Shown in pieces: positions 58,543 to 64,000 of a stretch of DNA of 64,000 nucleotides (positions are counted from its first letter, which is position 1; each line of letters opens with the position of its first letter). Source of the DNA: Candidatus Multivoradales bacterium (GTDB lineage: Bacteria > Acidobacteriota > Thermoanaerobaculia > Multivoradales > JAHEKO01); assembly GCA_965248055.1 (NCBI GenBank), contig CBDFIJ010000004.1, positions 2,336,001 through 2,400,000 on the forward strand, written 5' to 3'. Under the pieces are notes generated by a model. The model made no database searches and had not been told where the DNA came from. It saw only the letters and a program-made list of their open reading frames with translations. The translations under genes and the position numbers were made by a program.

Positions 58543-61500
58543 TCAGCCCCTCTCGACGCGGGTCAGCTCGCCGCCGAGGTAGGCGAGAAAAGTCGAATTC
58601 TCGCCCGCTGGTGTGCAGCCTTCCTTCGCGGGTGCCCAGACGCCCATGCCGCCGATACCCCCGGACTCGGCTTTGGTGATCTTGACCAGCGTCTCTTTGG
58701 GCACTGTATTAACGGCGTGGTTATCGATATCGAATCCGAAGACGAAGCCCATTCCGCCCACTTTCTTGTGGAACAGGCTGTCGGTTTGGTGCATCGGCAT
58801 AAGCCAGTTGCGGGTGATCGATTGGTGAGAGCCGTAACGGTAGGACGCCTGGTATCCAGTCTCTGCGGCCAGCGCCCGCCCGTCGGCGCGGCTTTCGTGC
58901 GCGCGCACAGTCCTCGGTGTGGCGATCCAGCCAGTGTGCTTGAGGATGGTGAAACCGTAGGGAAGGCCTGGGTTGTACTTAACCCGCACCATGCAGCGGT
59001 AGGCGTGGTAGGCGTCATCGCCAGGTTTCCAGCCGATGTAGGGTCGGTCAGCACTATTGGCGTCAACATACACGTAGTCACCGTTTTCCAGACCCTGGTC
59101 TCGGGCTGCCTGGGGATTCATTTGGATTTGACGATCCGAGACCCCCGGAGCGCGCTTGTCGGTGCGTAGCGGATCGCCGAAGTTGGTCGACCAAATCCAG
59201 TGCCAGTCAACTACCGACCACGATGAGTGCGTGGAATGCCGGCTCTTGGGTGTTGAACAGTAGAACTGGTAACCGCGTTGCCACAGCGGGTTGACGGTCT
59301 GCTTGGCCTGTTGCCAGGACATCATGACGTTACGCACCTGGCGCTCGCCGGCTCCCATGGCGTCGAGTGGGATGCCGTAGTCACGCGGGCGGATGTAGGG
59401 GCTGGTTGAGACGATTACGTTGGGCAGGTACGGAGTCGCCTCGACACCTTCACGGTGGACAATCAGATTCTCGCCATAATCGATGGCCTCGGGCAGGTCG
59501 CAATAGGCGGCAAGACGTCCACAGTCGGTGTAGAAGGGCACGGAATCTTGAATCTGCTCCCAGAACGGCACCCGTGGGTAAGTGCGGAACAAAAAGAGCG
59601 CCGCCCCTGGCTCGCCGCCGTAATCGCCGTTCATCAGCTTGTCGATCGAGTAGGGTCCATCTTCGCCGCGGGTGGTCGAGCAGTTGTCAAACACCCGCTG
59701 GATGTAAACCTTGGCCTTCTTCTCGCCGATGAAGCGGAAATAGTCTGAGAAGCGCACATCACCGGTTTCCTCCGCCAAAGCGTCGGCAACTGCTGCAAAG
59801 ATGGCGGCGTCATCCAAGGAATCGTAGATCGGCTCAATGCCGTCTCCGCCCCAGGCCTGGAGAAAAGGATTGGAACACGAGCCACCAACCTCCACATCCT
59901 GGAACTCTGCCCACGAGTTGGCTGGCAGCACGACATCCGAGAACTCAGCCGACCCGGTCCACTCCATTTGCTGGTCAACGATCATGTCGACTTTCGGGTT
60001 GACGTTTTGTACCAGTTCATAGACCCACTTGGCCTGGTTGATCAGGTTGGCGTTGTTGTACCAGATGAGCTTGGTTGGCGTCGGCAGGTGAGTGCGACCG
60101 GTGAACAACTTGCGGCCTTCTTGTGGGGTGTCGACGATCAGCGGCTGGTCGCCGTAGGCCCAGTAGGAAACCTCCTCTCCTTTAGTGGTGTTGCGCAGGT
60201 TCTCCTTGGTGATGCGAGCGTTCTCGTCGAGCACTGGATTGAACGGATCCTCGTGGGTGTAGGTCCCAGCTCCTGGCCCACTCCACGGCGAGGCCTGGAA
60301 CAGGGCCCCTTTGTAGTTCCCTGCCCAGGTGTAGGCTCCAGCACCGTTCTTGCCGATGTTGCCAGTCAACATCATCAGCAAGAAAGCCGCTCGATTGTGC
60401 AGCGTGGCGTGAAAGTAGTGGTTGATGCCTTCGCCGAAATGAATTGCTGCAGGCTTAAGCGTCGCCAGGTCCTCAGCCAACTGGCGGACCTTGGCTGCTG
60501 GGGCTCCAGATATCTCCTCGACCGTTTGCAGGTCGTAGTCGCGCAAATGAACCCGGTACATCTCCATCACCGGCATCACCTCGACGGTCTTGCCGTCGAT
60601 CGTCTTGACCTCGAACCGACCGTCAAGTGCCGGGTCGACACCGGTCTTATCGCCAAGTTGCTCGCGGCTGAGGGAGGCAAAGTCACCGATGTGGTCGTCA
60701 AAGACGACAAAATCACCGATCCTCTGGCGCTGTTCCAAAGTCAGTCCGTGGTCCTGGTGGGAAACCGAGAGTTCCTTGAGCTGGTAGTCAGGGAAAATCT
60801 CTTCGGGGCGGAGTCGCTCAAGGGTGTCGGTTCGCACCAGCAAAGGTAGATCGGTGAACCGTTTGACAAAATCGTGGTCGAAGAGGTCTTCGTCGATGAG
60901 AATCTTGGCGACCCCCAGGAGAACTGCTAGGTCACTCAGCCCAGGGCGTACACTCAACCACTCGTCGGCTTTGGTGCCGGGTGCGTTGTACTCTGGGGCG
61001 ATCGACCAGATCTTCATCCCCCGTTCCATGCCCTCGATGAACCAATGAGCCTCGGGCATCTTGTTCTCGACCAAGTTTTTGCCGATTTGAATGTGCAGTC
61101 GCGAGTTGCGCAAATCGTTGAGGTCCATGTCCGAGGTTTGCAGGCCGGTTACGAAAGGAGTTCCTGGAGCCTGATCGCCACGCCAGGTGTATTCGCTCCA
61201 ATCGCGAGCACCCTTAGCCTCATCGGGACCAACCCCTCGCACGTGATGGTCAATAAGCCCGGTCAGATTGGCGAAGCGAAAGATCCCAAATTTTCCGACC
61301 AAACCGTGGAGTGGCAAACAGGATCCGATCTTCATCGTCCGGGTTCCAGCACCCTCCCAGTGGGTCAGTGTTTCCTCGACGTAGCCGTCAGCCTCTAGCC
61401 GTCGTTTGCCAGCATCGCCACTGTAGGTATCCGCGATCGCCAGCATCGCACGTGCGACGTATCGGCTGGCGTCCTGCCAGGGAACCGAGACAAATGTGTC

Positions 61501-62034
61501 GTTGCCCCGGTCGTCGAAACCAAAGCGGGTGCGCAGTGAGGGGTCGTCGCTGAGGCTGGGAAAGCCGGCGTCGGCCCACTCCTTCCAGCCGCGCCGCAGT
61601 ACTGGGCCCTTGAGTCGGTAAGGACCGTAGATGCGACGGTGGAAGGTGTAGCCCTTGGGGCAACCGCGTGGGTTCCAGTGCACGGTGGAGCGATTGCCGT
61701 AAAGGTCGCCGTACTTGTCGACGTCATAGTTTTGCTCGGTGCGAACGATGACCCCGTTGCGTACGAATGCGCGCAGCCGGCACATATGGGTGTCATTGGG
61801 AGCGCAAATCCAGGTGAAGGAACGATCGACCCGGTATTGATCACGATAGACAGACTCCCAGTCACGGTCAGGGTAGCCGGCCAGTGGGTTGTCTATGGAC
61901 ACGGTACTGGCGAGTCCACCGCCGCCTTCAAACAGGCCACAGCCCAACTGCACACCGACCGCTCCAGCTCCTGCAAGGGCAGCGAGAAAGGTCCGTCGGT
62001 TTAGTCCTGATTGATCGTTGTGCTTGGAGTCCAT
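58543..62034 (-). CDS. nxrA: Periplasmic (Tat) nitrite oxidoreductase/nitrate reductase alpha subunit, type II DMSO reductase family
   Basis: Tat motif LNRRTFL; CAPNDTHMC...NPRGCPKG; YTWRGDQ; GKNLVENKMPEAHW; YRYGSHQSITRNW. Confidence 0.88.
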   Translation of the reverse strand: MDSKHNDQSGLNRRTFLAALAGAGAVGVQLGCGLFEGGGGLASTVSIDNPLAGYPDRDWESVYRDQYRVDRSFTWICAPNDTHMCRLRAFVRNGVIVRTEQNYDVDKYGDLYGNRSTVHWNPRGCPKGYTFHRRIYGPYRLKGPVLRRGWKEWADAGFPSLSDDPSLRTRFGFDDRGNDTFVSVPWQDASRYVARAMLAIADTYSGDAGKRRLEADGYVEETLTHWEGAGTRTMKIGSCLPLHGLVGKFGIFRFANLTGLIDHHVRGVGPDEAKGARDWSEYTWRGDQAPGTPFVTGLQTSDMDLNDLRNSRLHIQIGKNLVENKMPEAHWFIEGMERGMKIWSIAPEYNAPGTKADEWLSVRPGLSDLAVLLGVAKILIDEDLFDHDFVKRFTDLPLLVRTDTLERLRPEEIFPDYQLKELSVSHQDHGLTLEQRQRIGDFVVFDDHIGDFASLSREQLGDKTGVDPALDGRFEVKTIDGKTVEVMPVMEMYRVHLRDYDLQTVEEISGAPAAKVRQLAEDLATLKPAAIHFGEGINHYFHATLHNRAAFLLMMLTGNIGKNGAGAYTWAGNYKGALFQASPWSGPGAGTYTHEDPFNPVLDENARITKENLRNTTKGEEVSYWAYGDQPLIVDTPQEGRKLFTGRTHLPTPTKLIWYNNANLINQAKWVYELVQNVNPKVDMIVDQQMEWTGSAEFSDVVLPANSWAEFQDVEVGGSCSNPFLQAWGGDGIEPIYDSLDDAAIFAAVADALAEETGDVRFSDYFRFIGEKKAKVYIQRVFDNCSTTRGEDGPYSIDKLMNGDYGGEPGAALFLFRTYPRVPFWEQIQDSVPFYTDCGRLAAYCDLPEAIDYGENLIVHREGVEATPYLPNVIVSTSPYIRPRDYGIPLDAMGAGERQVRNVMMSWQQAKQTVNPLWQRGYQFYCSTPKSRHSTHSSWSVVDWHWIWSTNFGDPLRTDKRAPGVSDRQIQMNPQAARDQGLENGDYVYVDANSADRPYIGWKPGDDAYHAYRCMVRVKYNPGLPYGFTILKHTGWIATPRTVRAHESRADGRALAAETGYQASYRYGSHQSITRNWLMPMHQTDSLFHKKVGGMGFVFGFDIDNHAVNTVPKETLVKITKAESGGIGGMGVWAPAKEGCTPAGENSTFLAYLGGELTRVERG

Positions 62035-62037
62035 TGT

Positions 62038-63705
62038 TTACTCCTTGGGAGTTTCTTGCGCCGAGAGAGGGGGCGGTGAGTCATCAAGGGCCTCTAGACG
62101 CTGCCACTGAGACACCAGCTTGGTGCCATTGCGATCGCCCGCGGACCCATTCCAAATCGCCACTGCCATGGGGACTGGGCCAGCGGCAAAGTCGACTTCG
62201 AATGCGCTGTTGCTGGGACCCATTGGCGCGACGAAAAGCACTCGATAGGTGCCGTCTTGCCAACCGCCACCACCTGAACTAGTCATCACGTCAGCCGAGC
62301 GGGCGGTCAAGGTTCCGAAGCCTGCGGCGGCCAAGGCGTGGACCGGGCGTTTCGACAGTTCAGGGTCGGCCGTCGGATTGCCTAGGTCGCGAGCCGGGGC
62401 GAACGGCGCATGATCGTCGCCAGGTAGATCACCCGATTCATAGGGCTCTGCGCCAGGCGCGGCATCGCTGGCGTGCTGATAACGGTCAACGGTTATGCGC
62501 GGATATGCCGCTGCAAGCGTCTTTGGGGCGCCATCGTCGCCGGCGACCTGGCGGTCGGCGCGCCAGTACCAGATCTCGACTTCGCCGCCGGAACCGGCTT
62601 GCCCCATGCCGATGAAGGGAGGTGGATCGGTGAGTGCAAATTGCACCGCGACGCCGTCGGCGAAGTCCTCGGTTCGAAGCGTCGACTCGTCACGGCTAGC
62701 GTCTTGCCACTCCAACAGTAGGGCGAGCTCATCGCCGACGCGTGCGGCTCGGAGGTTGACGAACGGGGGGTAGTCATTGCGGTACCAAAGTGGTTGCAAA
62801 GCAACTCGGTGCGGAGCGATGGTGTCCCAAACAGGCGACCAGGGGTCCTCAGTACCATGGTTTCCGGTGACAGCGGTTACGGGCACAGGGCCAGGGTCGC
62901 TTTGTGCCGTTTGAGCCCGACCGCCGGGCGCCAAGGACAGAATGTAATAGACCAAACCCCATACTTGATCGTCACTGCCAAATGCTCCAGCGAAGGAAGG
63001 CATCGGCGTACCCTCCATGCCGGTAAGAAAGGTGCTGTAAAGAGCTTCAGGGCTGCCGCCGCTCTTGTAGATACCATAGGTGAAATCCGCTGCTGGGAAC
63101 GGGTCACCTTCGCTGTCTTTCAGAGTCGCCGCTGACGGGCCATCTCCACGCCCGTCCGGGCCGTGGCATTGACCACAACGAAAGTCCACGTAGACCTGCT
63201 CGCCGATCGCAACCAACTCTGGTGTTGGTGATGGCGGCGCGGGGATCTGCAACAGTTGGTCGGTAGCCAACGGAACCTGCTCGCCGAATCGCGGGCTGAA
63301 GGACTTGACGTGGTCAACCAACTCAGCGATCTGGTCTTCGTTGAGCAACTCGCCGAAGCTCAACATCGAAGATCCGGGGATACCTTGTTGGATGGTGCGG
63401 GCTAGGTCGGCGTCGGTAGGAAGTATGCCGGGTGGAGTGGAGCGCAACTTGAATTGAGCACGCTGGAAGTTTCGTGGCTTGGGGAACAACAGATAGGCGG
63501 CAGGGCCGTGCCCGTCGCCATCGGGTCCATGGCACGAAGTGCAATTGGCGTGATACAGCGTTTGGCCATCGGTCAGTCCTCCAGCTTGGGATTGGTTGCC
63601 TTGACGGCAGCCGGCGACCACCATCAAGACCGCTGCAGCCACTGTTGCGATGAAGACAACCCGATACAGCTCCCCAGAACGCAAGCGGAAAGATGGATGG
63701 ATCAT
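62038..63705 (-). CDS. Lipoprotein dihaem cytochrome c fused to an EbdC-like haem b domain (candidate gamma subunit)
   Basis: VVAGC lipobox; CTSCH and CGQCH; DGVAVQF...FIGMG...EIWYWRAD...IWNGSAGDRNGTK. Confidence 0.85.
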   Translation of the reverse strand: MIHPSFRLRSGELYRVVFIATVAAAVLMVVAGCRQGNQSQAGGLTDGQTLYHANCTSCHGPDGDGHGPAAYLLFPKPRNFQRAQFKLRSTPPGILPTDADLARTIQQGIPGSSMLSFGELLNEDQIAELVDHVKSFSPRFGEQVPLATDQLLQIPAPPSPTPELVAIGEQVYVDFRCGQCHGPDGRGDGPSAATLKDSEGDPFPAADFTYGIYKSGGSPEALYSTFLTGMEGTPMPSFAGAFGSDDQVWGLVYYILSLAPGGRAQTAQSDPGPVPVTAVTGNHGTEDPWSPVWDTIAPHRVALQPLWYRNDYPPFVNLRAARVGDELALLLEWQDASRDESTLRTEDFADGVAVQFALTDPPPFIGMGQAGSGGEVEIWYWRADRQVAGDDGAPKTLAAAYPRITVDRYQHASDAAPGAEPYESGDLPGDDHAPFAPARDLGNPTADPELSKRPVHALAAAGFGTLTARSADVMTSSGGGGWQDGTYRVLFVAPMGPSNSAFEVDFAAGPVPMAVAIWNGSAGDRNGTKLVSQWQRLEALDDSPPPLSAQETPKE

Positions 63706-64000
63706 CGGTGCTGACTCCTCGCGGTCATTGGATCGTCGCGGTTCGATTATGGATATTCACCTCTGATTAGCGTATTTATACTCCTCAGCCTCTGGTGTCA
63801 AGTCGTTGCTGGCGGTACTCGCCTAACAAGAGACCGTTGCCACTGGCTGAAAGCGTCACAAGAAACCCCGAACTCCCACCAAGCTCGACTTCGCCCAGCG
63901 CAGCTAGATAGGCCGAGAGCCTTGGTCTGGGCACCATCTTTCGCGCGTCGACCTTGTGCTCCGATTTGGCCCAATGGCCTTTGCCTTAGCTATTCTCGCG

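Noticed and set aside
63821-63920. GCCTAAC as the start of an attC site
   Set aside because: No complementary GTTAGGC box or matching inner repeats

Overview
Bacterial chromosomal window; the gene repertoire (carboxypeptidase-domain TonB receptor, signal-peptide Rhs, CadC-like wHTH/TPR proteins) suggests Acidobacteriota, but this is inference only. (1) 1-13250 is the end of an island integrated at tRNA-Arg(ACG). It carries an Rhs toxin with a HExxH C-terminus, an array of toxin remnants and lipoprotein immunity genes, and a VirD4-like ATPase fused to relaxase-like and excisionase-like domains. (2) 13388-24945 holds IS481, a TonB receptor, IS3, IS256 and four OmpR/CadC-type wHTH proteins. (3) 24942-34723 holds cofactor genes (thiG, panC, panB with a pan RNA motif, mqnE) and small accessory genes. 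(4) 34848-40058 holds IS256, a head-to-tail array of progressively truncated copies of a RAYT-like HUH transposase element with one fixed structured end, and Mrr. (5) 40127-55249 holds a molybdopterin oxidoreductase, a merged two-cargo variable site, a ubiX pseudogene, pepD/OPT/PqqD, a NYN protein and yvcK-glmU-glmS. (6) 55316-63705 is a complete periplasmic nitrite oxidoreductase/nitrate reductase operon resembling Nitrospira/anammox NXR. Best candidates for new biology: the NXR-like operon, the one-ended RAYT array, the coupling-protein/relaxase/excisionase fusion, and the Rhs with a domain inserted in its core. All family calls come from motif recognition by eye; no database searches were run.
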